This document shows, one piece after another, positions 1 through 18,466 of a DNA stretch of 64,000 bases; within the stretch, counting starts at the first letter, position 1, and every line of letters begins with the position of its first letter. Source of the DNA: Anthoceros angustus (taxonomy: Eukaryota > Plantae > Anthocerotophyta); assembly GCA_010909165.1 (NCBI GenBank), contig VJWM01000219.1:124001-188000 (forward strand), given 5' to 3'. The translations under genes were made by a program, and so were the position numbers. Under the pieces are notes generated by a model that was given only the letters and a program-made list of their open reading frames with translations, did no database searches and had not been told where the DNA came from.

Positions 1-749
1 TGATGACACCGATGTCGATGACTGGCTCTTGAGATTCCTCGTTTTACACGATGAATCTGTCTGCTTCTATTTGCGTGCAACGGGTGAGTCCCTGCCCGGA
101 AATGGATCACTGAAATCTATTTGTCGATTTCGGGGAGGAGTGAAAGTTATGGGATGTGCATTCTCGCTGCAGGTGTTGGCGAAGTTGTGGAATAAGGATG
201 TGACTTGACCGTGCTTTGGCAGATCTAAGGCCGCAAGGAACGATTTTACTTGGCGAAATTGTAGAAGCTGGACCTATCCCTCAGCACAAGCACCATGGGG
301 GTGATACCCACTGGTTTGCGTTTCACATCACCACTTGCCATGGACTGCGCCTGGAGTGTTCCTCTCAACTCAAGCTCCAGGTCCTTTTGCCCTTGTCCTC
401 GCTGAAGTTTCCGGTCTTCTGATAAACTCATGACCCTTGTTTGATGAAGTCGTACTTCCTTGTGGTCTGATCTGAAGGTGGAATGCTGGTTAACTTCTCT
501 CGGCGTTGGTCTCGAGAACAACGACCTGGAACGCCGCCTTATAGAAGCACCTCGTTCAGCTATCTGGCACAAGGTTCTGTGCAATGACGATGATGTGGAT
601 GCCAGGTACTCACTGTAACTGTTAGGAGTTTGCCCTTTCTCGCCTTGCACTTGGGAAACCTAAGTCTGTAAGGCTTCATCTGTGCGTCGTGCCTACGATT
701 TCGCAGCAGCGAGGAGGGATCTCTGTTCGGCGAGCTCGCTCTCCATTGA
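1..749 (+). CDS. PH-domain protein, 5'-partial (exons ~<1-83, 223-380, 478-605, probably 709-749)
   Basis: Spliced translation DWLLRFLVLHDESVCFY|DLRPQGTILLGEIVE...FAFHITTCHGLRLECSSQLKLQ|VECWLTSL follows the PH-fold pattern (N-terminal W..R.F.L, C-terminal helix W...L). GT-AG sites keep the frame. Last exon uncertain (alternative stop at 618). Confidence 0.7.
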
Positions 750-976
750 GTTTCAGGAAGCAAGGGCGGCCCTGCCAACGCTGTTCGGGTGTGGGATTCG
801 TCAGGTTTGGATACCAAGGTTTTGTGAACGGCGTCCCTCCCCTCACCGGCGGAGGAGTGTATATGGATATGGTACTGGAAGGTTGGCTTTGCAAAGAGTC
901 CCTCTCCGGAGATAAGAGCATCTCCCGGACAGAGACACCAGGAAGAATTTGTACTGGTTTTGTACATAATCGTATA

Positions 977-1795
977 TCAATCTGTTTGGAAGAGAACTCG
1001 CCATGCCAGGGTGCAGGATATGAGAGAAGCCAGGCACGCAGCCCCCAGCTGCACGTAAGAGACATGGAGCTGCAGGGCAAGCGCGTCAAAGGGCGCGTTC
1101 CCTGCCATAAGCATCCCCGCCATGGAGCCCGGGAGCGAGACTATCCCCGTAGTCTTCAAGGAATCGATCATAGGCGCCAAGCTCTGCCTTACAGCACGCC
1201 GCACATGCGGCCTCACAGCCTGCTCCGGCGTGGCCCCCAAGGCCAGAGACGCCTCAATATGCCCCCTCCTCACCTCCATGTCTCGGTGCAACCGGTTCAA
1301 AGCCCCGCCCACCATGCTCATGCTGTTCCCCACCACGTAGCCCGCGGCCGGGATCAGGTGCCGGGGCTGCCATGGGAACACACGCAGCAGGACCGTGAGC
1401 CCGACGCAGGCCCCCGCTGCCAACCCTAGAGACGTCCACGCGATGGCGTGACTTCCCGGAACCTGCCTGGCCCTCTCCCCCGCAGTGTACCCCGCCGTGG
1501 TCACCATGGCTGCGAATCCGGCAAGGCTCATCCAGGGGCTGTCGCCCTGGAACAGGAGCTTGAGGAGGAACCCGAGAGCCACCATCTGGACGGAGGAGCG
1601 CAGTACGGCCTCCTGTATTTCCCGCTCCAGGCCCACATTCAGGCGGCGAGAGAGCAGCAGGGCCGCTGAGACCGGCAGCAGGGACCCCAGGACGCGCGCG
1701 CTGCTTCCCGCCTGCTCGGCCTGGACCAGGGCAGGTCAGGTCAGTCGGGAGTCGGAGCCTGCAGACGCAGCTGGTTCTGTGTTGCTCACCAGCAT
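977..1795 (-). CDS. STAR2: UPF0014 / STAR2-ALS3-like ABC transporter membrane subunit (2 exons, intron 1721-1789)
   Basis: Motifs LIPAAGYVVGNSM, IEASLALGATP and KTTGIVSLPGSMAGMLMAG. GTGAGC...CAG intron keeps the frame. The ORF could extend to the ATG at 1999. Confidence 0.85.
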
Positions 1796-2111
1796 GGACG
1801 TTAAGGAAGCGCAGCACCCGGCAGTCTGTCCCGCCCTTCTTCTGGCTACCAGAACCAGCTCCCCGTGCTGCCCTGGTGGCCGGCACCTGAGCCCTGGCGG
1901 TAGCTTCGGATTGGAGGGCAGGCCGCCCTTGCGCTCTGCGGCTGCGGCTGCCCGCCCCTGCCATGGACGGATGCGCCGTTGCACTCTCACAAATTCCATT
2001 GGTGCTCGACACTGTGAGAGTTGCCTGAATTTCTAGTATGAGTGCGCGGTACCTACTACCTATGTAGGTAGATGAAACGCGGGTTGAGGAAACCTTTCCA
2101 AGGCCGGAGTA

Positions 2112-3294
2112 CAGTCCAGCCCCCTAACTGGGACTGGTTCGGAGTGCCTTGAGAGGCCCATTAAGGGAGGTGTCCCGATTAGATTTTTCCACATTGAAAA
2201 AATTAAAAATTAAAAATACCGAAAAAAATTCAAATTTTGATTGATAGGTTTCAAAAAAAATAATTTTTACGACTTCTCTACATAGTTGCTTGAAAGCTAG
2301 CACTCTTTCTAAGCAGCATTAAAAAATCTCTACCTATCAAAAAGAAAAAAGCTTAGCTTAGGAGTCACACCTAAAAGTCTATTATGCTTTGAAATAATCA
2401 ACAATACTCCTTTGCACCCATGATACTTTGAGATGATGACTAATCACGTGTTTCTCAAAGACATTGAGCAACCCCAAAGAGTTTGTAGCGTTGTGTGGCA
2501 TCTATATCAGGTAAGTTCTTGTTGCCTCCAAACCTTTGACGGCATCTTCCATAGTCTATCGTGGTAGGGGTGGCATTGTCGCTACTTCCTCTTCAATATT
2601 TTCGGCAAGCTCCTCTTCAACAGCTTGAGGGATTAGTGAATCAAATATTGTCTCCATATTTTCATCCTTGTCAAAGTTGACATATTCTTCAGCGGTCATG
2701 GTTGGATATTCAACATCTGTTGATGCCATGTTCTCAGAAGTTAATAATGCCAACCTACCCAATGCTTGTTGCATATCCAATATTTGGGTACCCAATGCTT
2801 GTTGCAGATCCAATATATGGGTACCCAATGCTTGTTGCAGATCCAATATTTGGGTATCCAATGAATCGGTATGAAATGAAGGATCTTGTTCAGGATCCTC
2901 TGAATCATATGCTGGCATTGCATTCAAGTCTAAACCCTTACGCAACTGAGCATCTTATGCCCGCACTGCTGCATCCAGCGTACTGTGCCTCCAACAATTA
3001 CTATGGTGTGTGGACTAACATGAAGCCTTCACGCTTATATTATATTGATAGAATACGAAGTGTATTCGATACCTATTTCATACCTATTCGATTTCTTTTT
3101 CCTTTTTTTATTTCTTTTAGTAAAAAAATCAAAATTCCCATTTAGGGAGGTGAAACTAATATGAATGTATGTTTCAAAAATTACCATTTAGGGAAAAGTC
3201 CCATTTTTTACACTGTAAACTAAAGGGAGTAGGATCGGAGGTCCCATTTAGAGAGGAATCCCAATTATAAAGTTTCTAATTAGGGGGCCAACTG
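2112..3294. mobile_element. Non-autonomous Tc1/mariner-pogo-like element relic
   Basis: Imperfect TIRs CAGTCCAGCCCCCTAA / TTAGGGGGCCAACTG, each flanked by TA (2110-2111, 3295-3296). Internal minus ORF 2556-2945 has an acidic 'AEEYVNFDKDE' tail reminiscent of pogo/Tigger C-termini. Confidence 0.5.
2758..2863. repeat. 33-bp tandem repeat x3
   Basis: CCCAATGCTTGTTGCAGATCCAATATTTGGGTA units at 2758, 2791 and 2824. Confidence 0.95.
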
Positions 3295-3950
3295 TACATA
3301 TTTGCCCTCTTGTCAATGGTTGTTTAGTAACTTCCTAACCTGCGTTGGTATTTGGTGCAGCCATTGGTTGTCATGTCAAATTGGGCTCAAATTACTTAAG
3401 ATCTTAAGATCCTAACCTCCATTTGGTGGAGCTCACTTCGTACTTAGCTATCAGGACGAATAGTCGATCTCCACCCCACCAGCCCTTTGTCTCCTTTGTG
3501 AATGCTGGTTCACTTCCAAGATCCCTTTCCTCCAAGCTCATGGTGAAGTGATCGTTGTTGATACATTTGCTTGCTAAGTGAATCCAAATATTATCTTTGA
3601 TTGACTTGTTTAATTCATCTTAAGTGGAAGATTCTATTTGGTAGACCACTAATGGATGCATATGGCAAGTCCCGCTCAAAGGATAAGGATGTGCGAGTGA
3701 AACGGAGCTTAGTTTGTAGGAAAATCTTTATAGGGAAAGTCTCCAGTTGGTCATCTATATTGATGACTTCTATATTGTCTCTAGTTGGTCATCTATATAT
3801 ATGTATATTGATCAGGCTAAGGCTCTCAACATCCTCAGGTACCTGAGATTATCATGGTCCCTCGGTCATTCAAGTATAGCATATGTGTGATGCTTGTTTA
3901 CAAATAGAAAAGAAATGTTGCAAGAAAAACTTTGAAGGGTCTTAAAACAT

Positions 3951-4175
3951 TCAAAAGAAAACAGAGGCACATACCCCTGTTGTTTTCTTCATAAGAACGT
4001 CATTGAGTTGTAAGAGGCCATGGTCATGCTCACCAAGGCACGCAAACCAGGTGATTTTCGGGCAATCAGAAAGGGCTGGGCGCTCCAGGCTAATCACAAT
4101 CAGAGTGCCTGCTGATATATGCATCGAGGATATATACCAGCTCGCCAACAAGTGAGCTTCTACGTCCCCGTCCAA
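3951..4175 (-). pseudogene. Highly degenerate DYW-domain-like fragment
   Basis: AGTLIVISLERPALSDC aligns without gaps to the DYW segment xGTPIRITKNLRVCxDC. It is nucleotide-similar to 8905-9020. Confidence 0.35.
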
Positions 4176-4655
4176 TATCCTTATGGCTACATGTAACTCT
4201 ATTCCTAATTAATTACTTAATACACCTGCATTTACTTATAAACATTAGCTGGTTGGAGTTTAGGGTTTGCAAGTCCAAGGAGGGTTTTACTTTATGGGCC
4301 ATGGCATATGTCCTATGACTAATTCAAAGGAAAACGTCATGGGAGTTCGACTTGAGAGGAATCCCCTCAAATCGTAGTACAAGGACGTTTTCTTCCTTGC
4401 CCTGAAGCTTTCTATTTGGGTTTATCATGGTCTAAGGCTTACCAACTTTTTATGTTCTTGGCTCTCAGAAATCCAATTACACCCCCCGGCCGCAACTATA
4501 TATGCTAGCAGCCCCTAGCTTGAAATAATAAATTAAGGACTTCTCCTACTACAACTTCCTAGTGTAAAACCCTTATAAACTCTATATGATTTGAGATCAC
4601 CTAGTGGTTGAACTTATGCAATCTAGCTATCTTATTTCCACTGAGAATTTTTATA

Positions 4656-5696
4656 ATGGGAAACCTCCTGACATATGTTGGTACTTCTTGGGGAGAGATT
4701 ATTCGTTGTGGCAATATTTGGGATCGTTTGAGACATTTTCTATTGAAAAAACTTCAAACAAATGAAGCCATGCGTAAATGGTCCTTGACCAATATAAGCA
4801 ACGTGTTCTTATGTTCCAAGTGTCTCCTAATACTTATATTTGCTGCATTAAAATTGTGGATTCACAATGACAAAGAGGATATTTCCGATTGGAGAACTTT
4901 TGTAATTCCGAAAGACCTCCACACATATGACAACACTCCTCGAGTGAAGATGACTCTTTTTGACCATGCTTGGGATTGGAGAAAGATGAACATTTTACCT
5001 CCTGTCCGTGACCAGCACAAGTGTGGCACATGCACCTTCTTTGCAGCCTTCACTTCTATTTGTGCTAGAATAGCTATTAAGTATGGTACTCCTCCACTAG
5101 AATTATCAGTGCAAGATTACATCGACAATTGGCAGCCTAACACCTGGAGGGACATACAAAAGTTGGCTCATCACAAACTAATGACAACAATAAATATTAA
5201 CAAGGAGGTCCCTGAACATATGAGCATACTATGTAAATATGGTGGAGATATTGTGGATATAATGAAGTATGTGGAGGAACATGGAGTTGTTTTAGAGAAG
5301 AATTGTCCATACCATCCGAATGGAAGTCACCAAAATCCTCCCAGCCAACGCAATAGATTACCGCACAAGGTTGGTTTCAAAGCCTTCAAAGACTTGACTG
5401 TTCAAAAAATGAAAGAGTTTGTGAGATACACACCTGTGGTGGTATCTCTTTTTGTGTGTGAACATGGTAACTTTGACAACCATCCCGACCACAAAGCTCA
5501 AAAAGCTTATTCAGGCAGGTGGGCTTCAAAGTATGCAGCTGAAATGCATGCAGTGCTAATAGTAGGGTTTGATAACAATGTATGGATATTACGTAATAGT
5601 TGGGGTGAAACATGGGGTGATAATGGGTATTTTAGGATCAACTTCGCTGATAAAGCATCTGGAATCTATGACCACGCATGTATACCTATTCTTTAG
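4656..5696 (+). CDS. Intronless, divergent papain-like cysteine protease (C1A)
   Basis: [20 protein letters not shown] (oxyanion Gln, catalytic Cys), [10 protein letters not shown] (His), [16 protein letters not shown] (Asn, Trp). ATG at 4656; frame open from 4608. Confidence 0.85.
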   Translation: MGNLLTYVGTSWGEIIRCGNIWDRLRHFLLKKLQTNEAMRKWSLTNISNVFLCSKCLLILIFAALKLWIHNDKEDISDWRTFVIPKDLHTYDNTPRVKMTLFDHAWDWRKMNILPPVRDQHKCGTCTFFAAFTSICARIAIKYGTPPLELSVQDYIDNWQPNTWRDIQKLAHHKLMTTININKEVPEHMSILCKYGGDIVDIMKYVEEHGVVLEKNCPYHPNGSHQNPPSQRNRLPHKVGFKAFKDLTVQKMKEFVRYTPVVVSLFVCEHGNFDNHPDHKAQKAYSGRWASKYAAEMHAVLIVGFDNNVWILRNSWGETWGDNGYFRINFADKASGIYDHACIPIL

Positions 5697-6560
5697 GATT
5701 ACGCTTACAAAAGATTTAAAATTTACTTATGGGAATATTTAAGGTGAAGAATCTCCCAAAGGCTTAAGATTTTAGAATAGTATAGCTTTAAACTAGTTTA
5801 GACATTTCTTATCAGAAGGTCACTAGATCACGGGCGTCGTTGATTGCAGGGCATAGCAGAGAAGAAAGAAGAGCAGTCTTTATTCCATTTGTCGTTCCTC
5901 GAAGTATGCATCTGCAGCAATGTAGACATGCACAAAATTGTAGGACCCGTTGTGCAATTAATAAAGATAGCATGTACAGAATGGGTTCTTTCCAAAAAGG
6001 ACACTTTCTCTTTTCGTACACCATACCATGGTAAAGCAACTCTCAGAACCTAAGTATGTATGTGCATATATACATGCCACAATGACTTGCCAATTGCCTC
6101 GTTTGAGGACTTGCACAATTTGCTGGAATTAGCTCCAACTTCTTATGGTGCCCGAGATTCAAGGGTAATTAGTTGCAACTGATCGTGGATGGGCGAATGA
6201 AATACATTGCATGTAAAATCAACAGGAATTCAAAGCAAAGACCAGCAAGTAGCTAGCATGGATGTGGCAACTACCATCTTTGGAAGTCACCAAAAAAGCC
6301 TGTAAAAGAGCACACTGTATGTAGAGCATGAGTTCATCCAGGTTAGTCATGGAACATTACAAAGAGAAAGCATAACAGGACACGAGGCTTTTTATTGGCT
6401 GCAACATGGCGGCAAGGTAAGTCAATAGCCGCCCAATATCTAAGAACCCGTCAATATCATCAATGCACGGTATTAGAAAACAAAAAATTGAAGCCACGCA
6501 ATGGCCAGCTGCTGGTTAGCTGTGTAAGTGATGCTTTATCACATACATACATACCAAGTG

Positions 6561-6640
6561 TGTATGTATGTATATGTATGTATGTATGTATGTATATATG
6601 TATGTATGTATGTATGTATATATCTATATATATATATATA
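6561..6640. repeat. (TATG)n/(TA)n microsatellite
   Basis: Direct reading. Confidence 0.95.
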
Positions 6641-6981
6641 ATAATGTAGATAATAAGTATAATAAATAATTTTTATTATTTAAAATTATATTTTAATTAT
6701 GTATAGATAATAATACCTATATCTTAAGTTCAATGTTTCCGAAGGACTAATGGGCCATGGGCACCATGGTTTGCTTGGTGGGTTGTACACCAGCTAATCT
6801 AAACTCACGTTGCTCGCCACTCTAGTGGAGTGCGCAATGGTCTTAGCCCTCTCCACGCATGTCCTGGATGGCCTTGCGCACACTAGCCTTCATGGAACTC
6901 TTTGCTACACTTGGAGATAGTGATGTTGGGGAGGCAGTCATTTCTAAGGCTTGTACCGTCTTTTTAGTTGGCAACCAACTG

Positions 6982-7161
6982 TACATAAAAAAGAAGGTGC
7001 ATCATAAATTGTGTCCGCTAATTTCGTACATAAAAAATAAGGTTCATCGTAAATTGTGTCCGCTAATTTCGTACATAAAAAAGAAGGTTCATCATAAATT
7101 GTTTCCGCTAATTTCGTACATAAAAAAGGAGCTTCATCATAATTTGTGTCCGCTAATTTCT
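6982..7161. repeat. 45-bp tandem repeat x4
   Basis: TACATAAAAAAGAAGGTTCATCATAAATTGTGTCCGCTAATTTCG units at 6982, 7027, 7072 and 7117. Confidence 0.95.
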
Positions 7162-7985
7162 TATAATAGGACCCGCCAACTGCACCACAAAAGTCACTTT
7201 AGCGAATATGCTGATGAATTTTTTAAAATTAAGGCTTCAAGGTATTCTGTATGACGGACAAATTTAAAAAAAAAAAGGAATCCCTTTTTTTGGTTGGTCT
7301 TGGTACATCATAAGTATGCGTATCAAACATTTTCAAAATGTTAAAACTCTATAGTGTGGCTATCAAAAAGTTTAAATTATCAAACCCTATCCAAGCTATA
7401 CTTGGAAGTGACTAGTGGTTGAGGCTAGGTTCAATTTGTTAATGAAGTACTCAAGGTAAATTCTAGTGAAAGTAAGGGATCTTGCCTCAGGAAGGTACAT
7501 AGTACACATCAGCGACATATATACACAAAGTTATCTTCCAAATGTACCTAGTGGCATCGTTTGCAAGTGTCTTTGGGAGGTTTGTACGAGCGTGAAAATC
7601 TAATTCGCGGCCTAACACGTCTTTGAGCTTGCATCCGACTTGCAATGTAAAGGAGTGTGTTAACGATAATAGTAGCCATAATAGTTAAAATAATAATAAG
7701 AATCAGGACAATCAGAATGTTGAGCATAACATGAGAGGTCATCATTTTGCTTAAAAACATAGTCAGCATAGTCTCGAAAGTGAGATGGTCGCGAGCACGA
7801 TAGAGAGGTTCAACATGAGTTGTTTATAGCAGAATAACTTAATGTTAAAAATTTCTACAATTATATAAATATTCAGAACAACTAGAATGCCAAACACACA
7901 TGGTATACCAAAAGCTGAAAAGCCTGTTTTGCATACGGTATACCAAGAGCTGAAAGCCAGTAGGTATTGAAAAGTTTTTTCTATG

Positions 7986-8030
7986 ATATATATATATATA
8001 TATAATATATACATATATATATATATATCT
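7986..8030. repeat. (TA)n microsatellite
   Basis: Direct reading. Confidence 0.9.
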
Positions 8031-8249
8031 AGTATAATATTATGAATGTTATATATGTTTTCTGTATGTACATTTGAGGGTTTGATAGGTGACACATGAC
8101 CTTCTACGTTCAAAATGTCCAAAAAAAAAACCAAAAAAGCTCCTACCCGGGCGTTGCGGCGTTGCCCGCCCGGTCCAATGTCAGGTGACACAGTTGTAGC
8201 TTATGCAGAACTATGCTGCACCTCTGCGCCTACCAGGGCAATAATGCAT

Positions 8250-9030
8250 CCGCTGCCTCCTCGTTGTCCTGAATTGGTCCGGCTCAAACCAAGCTCTGTC
8301 TGGAACAATCACGTGCCTCAGAAGATCCCCTGCCCTCTTGCACCACTCGAATGCAGGCCTGAATCCATGTGGTTCATGATCTCTGCGGAACTGCAGCAGT
8401 CACTGCATGTGCGCAGATTCCTCGTCATCACCAGAGGTGTGCCACTCGCAGCATGAATGCCGGGCCGTTCACGGGACTGTATAATTGCAATGGACAGTTC
8501 TGTGGGCGAGACTTATGTCTGTGACATGCACAGTTGCCTGCTTGCCAGACAAGGGCCCAGGGATGGAGATATCCTGCGCTTGTGTAACCCTGAAGGAGTT
8601 CGCCACATTGTGCATGCCTGTTAACCAGGCTGTTTACGACAAACAAGTCTGGTTCTGTGAGCATGCTTGGATGCGCAGACGTGTTGCCCTCTTCCCGTCG
8701 TTGGACTGGAGCGGGCCGATTGCATTTGAAGAGAGCATGGAAAACCTGATGAAGCCAATTTGTCTGCTCACTTTTTCTGGTTCTTAACATCCTTCCTTAG
8801 ATGCCTGCTGGATTTCATGTTCTGCTTGCTGGATAGTTGCAATATGGCTGGTTTTCTAGATGTTTGCAAAACCCTCATTCAACCTTGCATGCGGAGGTAG
8901 GCTGCAGGAGGCCATGGTCGGGTTCACCAGGGTGGGCAAACCAAGTGATTTCGTGAGGTTTTTTGGCAATCAGAAAGGGCTGGAAGCCCTAGGGAAATCA
9001 CAGTCAGAGTGCCGGCTTTTCATATTCTCG
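8250..9030 (-). pseudogene. PPR-DYW pseudogene relic(s)
   Basis: Minus strand: PPR-like DLFVVNSLVNRHAQCGEL (~8650-8595) and, in another frame, DYW-like ELSIA...GTPLVMTRNLRTCSDC (~8490-8396). A second degenerate DYW-like piece lies at 8905-9020. Frameshifts and stops present. Confidence 0.6.
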
Positions 9031-9483
9031 ATCGTCTTCATCTTCTTCGATATTCTTCATCGGCTTGGCCTATTGTTTGTCCTTGCATAGATCATTGCAG
9101 CCGTGATTTATAGATCTACAGTTTTCACATATTATTTTATCTGATCTGAGGAACATATATGTTACACCCTAGGCTAGCCTTGTGGCTAGGTACTCGAAAA
9201 TTGGCGGATGAATGCCCGATACAACCATGTGCAGTATGACGTATCTCTTTGGTGTCTTGCATTCTGGACACGTGGGGCCCGACTGGGCACGCAGTCGAAG
9301 CCCGGTAGGAAGGGGAGTGGCTCGCCAAAGCGGTTCACCGGAGCGCGAGGGTCCGAGGTCCTGCGGTTGAGGCTTTCCGCACCGCGTTTTGTTTTGCAGC
9401 ATGGAGGTAAGCAGACGGGTACAATCTTGTGAAGAAGAGTGACGGTGGGAAATCTGCACACTCTGACGCAGGCACGGCACGCC

Positions 9484-10355
9484 ATGGCCTGGCAGCAATT
9501 CTGGAGGGGACGAGCAGTGGACAACAGATCACTGGTGCAGATGTTGCAGCTGTCTTCTGCGATACGGTCGCCGCGGATTGCCAGCGTGATGGAGGAACTG
9601 GACAGGGCTGATTTCGTCCACAAGCGTGAACTGGCCTACATAGATAGTCCGATGCCAATCGGATACAACGCCACCATATCTGCCCCGCACATGCATGCCT
9701 TGTGCCTGGATTTGCTGGAGAAACAGTTACAGCCAGGGATGCGAGCTTTGGATGTCGGCGCAGGTTGCCATCGGTCGTCGCTTGTTTGACGTTTGGTTAG
9801 CGTGTTGATGTCGCAGGGTTCAACGGGGGTTTTGTATTATGCTATGGCGCAGGTACGGGATACCTCACAGCTGCTTTTGCCCTGCTGGTTGGGGAGCAAG
9901 GAAGTGCGATCGGAGTGGAGCACATCCCCCAGCTGGTTCAACTTGCCGCCGATAATATTGCCAAGACTCCGGCTGCTGACCTGCTCAATTCCGGCCGCCT
10001 GTCGCTGCATGTTGGAGGTTGTCTCTTTGCTTCTTGCCACTTGGCTTGGGCTTGTACTTTGGGAATTCGGATGTGCTGACCCCTGCTGTGGGAGGTGGCC
10101 GCAGATGGTCGGGAAGGGTGGCCCGTCTCGGCGCCCTACGACGCCATCCATGTTGGTGCGGCTGCTTCTCAGATTCCGCAACCGCTCATCGATCAACTGA
10201 AGCCCGGAGGTCGCCTGGTGATCCCTGTGGGTGATAGTTTCCAAGACTTGAGGGTGATAGACAAGCTCCCAGATGGCACACTGTCCCAGTGGACAGCAAC
10301 CTCTGTTCGATACGTTCCGCTTACAAGTCGGGACGCCCAGCTAGGAACCGGGTAG
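9484..10355 (+). CDS. PIMT: Protein-L-isoaspartate O-methyltransferase (exons 9484-9763, 9853-10017, 10105-10355)
   Basis: AYIDSPMPIGYNATISAPHMHA, ALDVGAG|TGYLTA, DGREGWP...APYDAIHVGAAA, LKPGGRLVIPVG, VRYVPLT; frame-preserving GT-AG introns. Confidence 0.95.
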
Positions 10356-10624
10356 TTCCCGAGGTCCGGACTATGTACATAAACCGGCCGCCCAAGGGCA
10401 TACAGTTTTGGATACCATTGGACTTAAACTTCAAAATAAAGTCTGTCCCTTAGCAATTCCCTCAGCCCCTCAAATCGTAACCCGACAAATTGTGCAGTGT
10501 TTGCTTCAACAACAAGGGGGAGAGTTCGCCCTTTACCAAAAGGGACCTGTCCTGAATCCCAGTAATACGTCCGCGCCTCCGCATACTATGTAGATATATA
10601 TATTAGGCCAGCAGTCGTCAACTA

Positions 10625-16933
<6,309 letters not shown>

Positions 16934-17294
16934 GGCTCGGGACGGAGCTACATGCGTCGAGCGTGAAGCAAAGCGGGAAGGCGGGAAATCGCTCAGTCCA
17001 CTTATGCACACGATTTATTGAAGGACAATAGTGGTTTTTACCATACATTTGTACGTGCATATCATATCTAGGATAGCAGATAGGAGGCGTTAGGTTAACA
17101 CGGGTTAAGTGCAGTTCGTTATTACTGCAGCGGGTTGAAGATGCGCCGGAGCTTCCAGGCTGTGCGCAGCTGGAGAAGGTCCCCAGCCAAGACCAAACAC
17201 CGGTTGATTGCCGGCTGAAAATGCTGACCAGATTCGCATGCAAGTGACTGCAAATACCATCTCCGGCGCAGCTCGATCTCTCGCCGCCCGAACG

Positions 17295-18059
17295 ATGTCG
17301 AATGGTTTCGGGGAGTTCGAGAACAGGATCGACTACGTCTTCAAGGTGGTTCTGATCGGGGATTCTGCCGTCGGCAAGTCACAGTTGCTGACCAGGTTCT
17401 CACGCGGGGAATTCAGCTTAGAGTCCAAAGCTACGATCGGAGTGGAATTCCAGACTCGGACCGTAGTTGTGGACCATAAAACCATCAAAGCGCAGATCTG
17501 GGACACAGCTGGTCAAGAAAGGTTGTTGATTCTCTTGTCCGCCTTGGCTCACTTGTCTGGTTGCGAAGCCAAGCTGTTTAGGTCAAGCAATTGGACTGAC
17601 CTGGCTCCGTCCTGTGTTGCCAGGTATAGGGCTGTTACGAGTGCTTATTACAGGGGAGCTGTAGGTGCTATGTTAGTGTATGACATCACGAAGCGGCAGT
17701 CGTTTGATCATGTCCAACGCTGGTTGGAGGAGCTCAAGACTCATGCTGATTCCAACATTGTGGTTATGTTGGTCGGGAACAAGTCAGATCTGGGGACTCT
17801 GAGGGCGGTTCCCACGGAAGATGCCGAGGAGTATGCTGAGAAGGAAAAGCTCTTCTTCCTAGAGACGTCTGCTCTGGAGGCAACAAACGTGGAGAATGCT
17901 TTCTACACCGTGCTTACCGAGATTTACAGGATAGTGAGCAAGAAGGTTCTCCTAGCCGATGCGGGTAGTGTGCCAACGTCTATCCTGTCTGGAACTAAGA
18001 TCCATCTCCCTTCAGATGACCAACCTTTGAAAGCCAAAAGGAAAGGATGTTGTTCATAG
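17295..18059 (+). CDS. RABA4: Rab11-family GTPase, RabA4 clade (intron 17522-17623)
   Basis: [28 protein letters not shown]|[35 protein letters not shown]-terminal GCCS. Confidence 0.95.
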   Translation: MSNGFGEFENRIDYVFKVVLIGDSAVGKSQLLTRFSRGEFSLESKATIGVEFQTRTVVVDHKTIKAQIWDTAGQERLLILLSALAHLSGCEAKLFRSSNWTDLAPSCVARYRAVTSAYYRGAVGAMLVYDITKRQSFDHVQRWLEELKTHADSNIVVMLVGNKSDLGTLRAVPTEDAEEYAEKEKLFFLETSALEATNVENAFYTVLTEIYRIVSKKVLLADAGSVPTSILSGTKIHLPSDDQPLKAKRKGCCS

Positions 18060-18466
18060 ATGCGTAGGATGCGGGAGATGTATCGGTGCCATTCCTGATT
18101 CGTCATTGAACTTGTGACTCAGTGGCAGAGGACAGTATTTCGTAGGCAGAAAGAGGAATGTTGCAGCCAGAATGAGGCATGATGTTAGCCAATTAGGCTT
18201 CATGAGTTGGAAGAAGATATCAAGTGTTACGCCAGCACTGAAGTAGTGCAATCGACATATTCAAAGCTCAGGAGTGTACAAAAAATGTGTAATAAACCGC
18301 TGAGGCAAGTGACTCTTTTCTGCAAGAAACGCACCAGCGGTGGTAGCAGTTTGGAAGGCCAATCCTAATGGGCCATAAATCCACGAAAGAGAGCGGGAGT
18401 CAGGCAAGCAGAGAGGAGGCAGGTGATGGCAGACAACGGAAAAATTGGTGCAGCATGGCCTGGAGG

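Noticed and set aside
689-970. 'VLEGWLCKES' in ORF 689-1429 as a PH-domain start
   Set aside because: The real PH exons lie at 1-605; this stretch lacks the following PH motifs and falls in the 3' intergenic/UTR region.
8145-8174. CCGGGCG...CGCCCGG hairpin as a Helitron 3' end
   Set aside because: No CTRR terminus at the expected distance on either strand.
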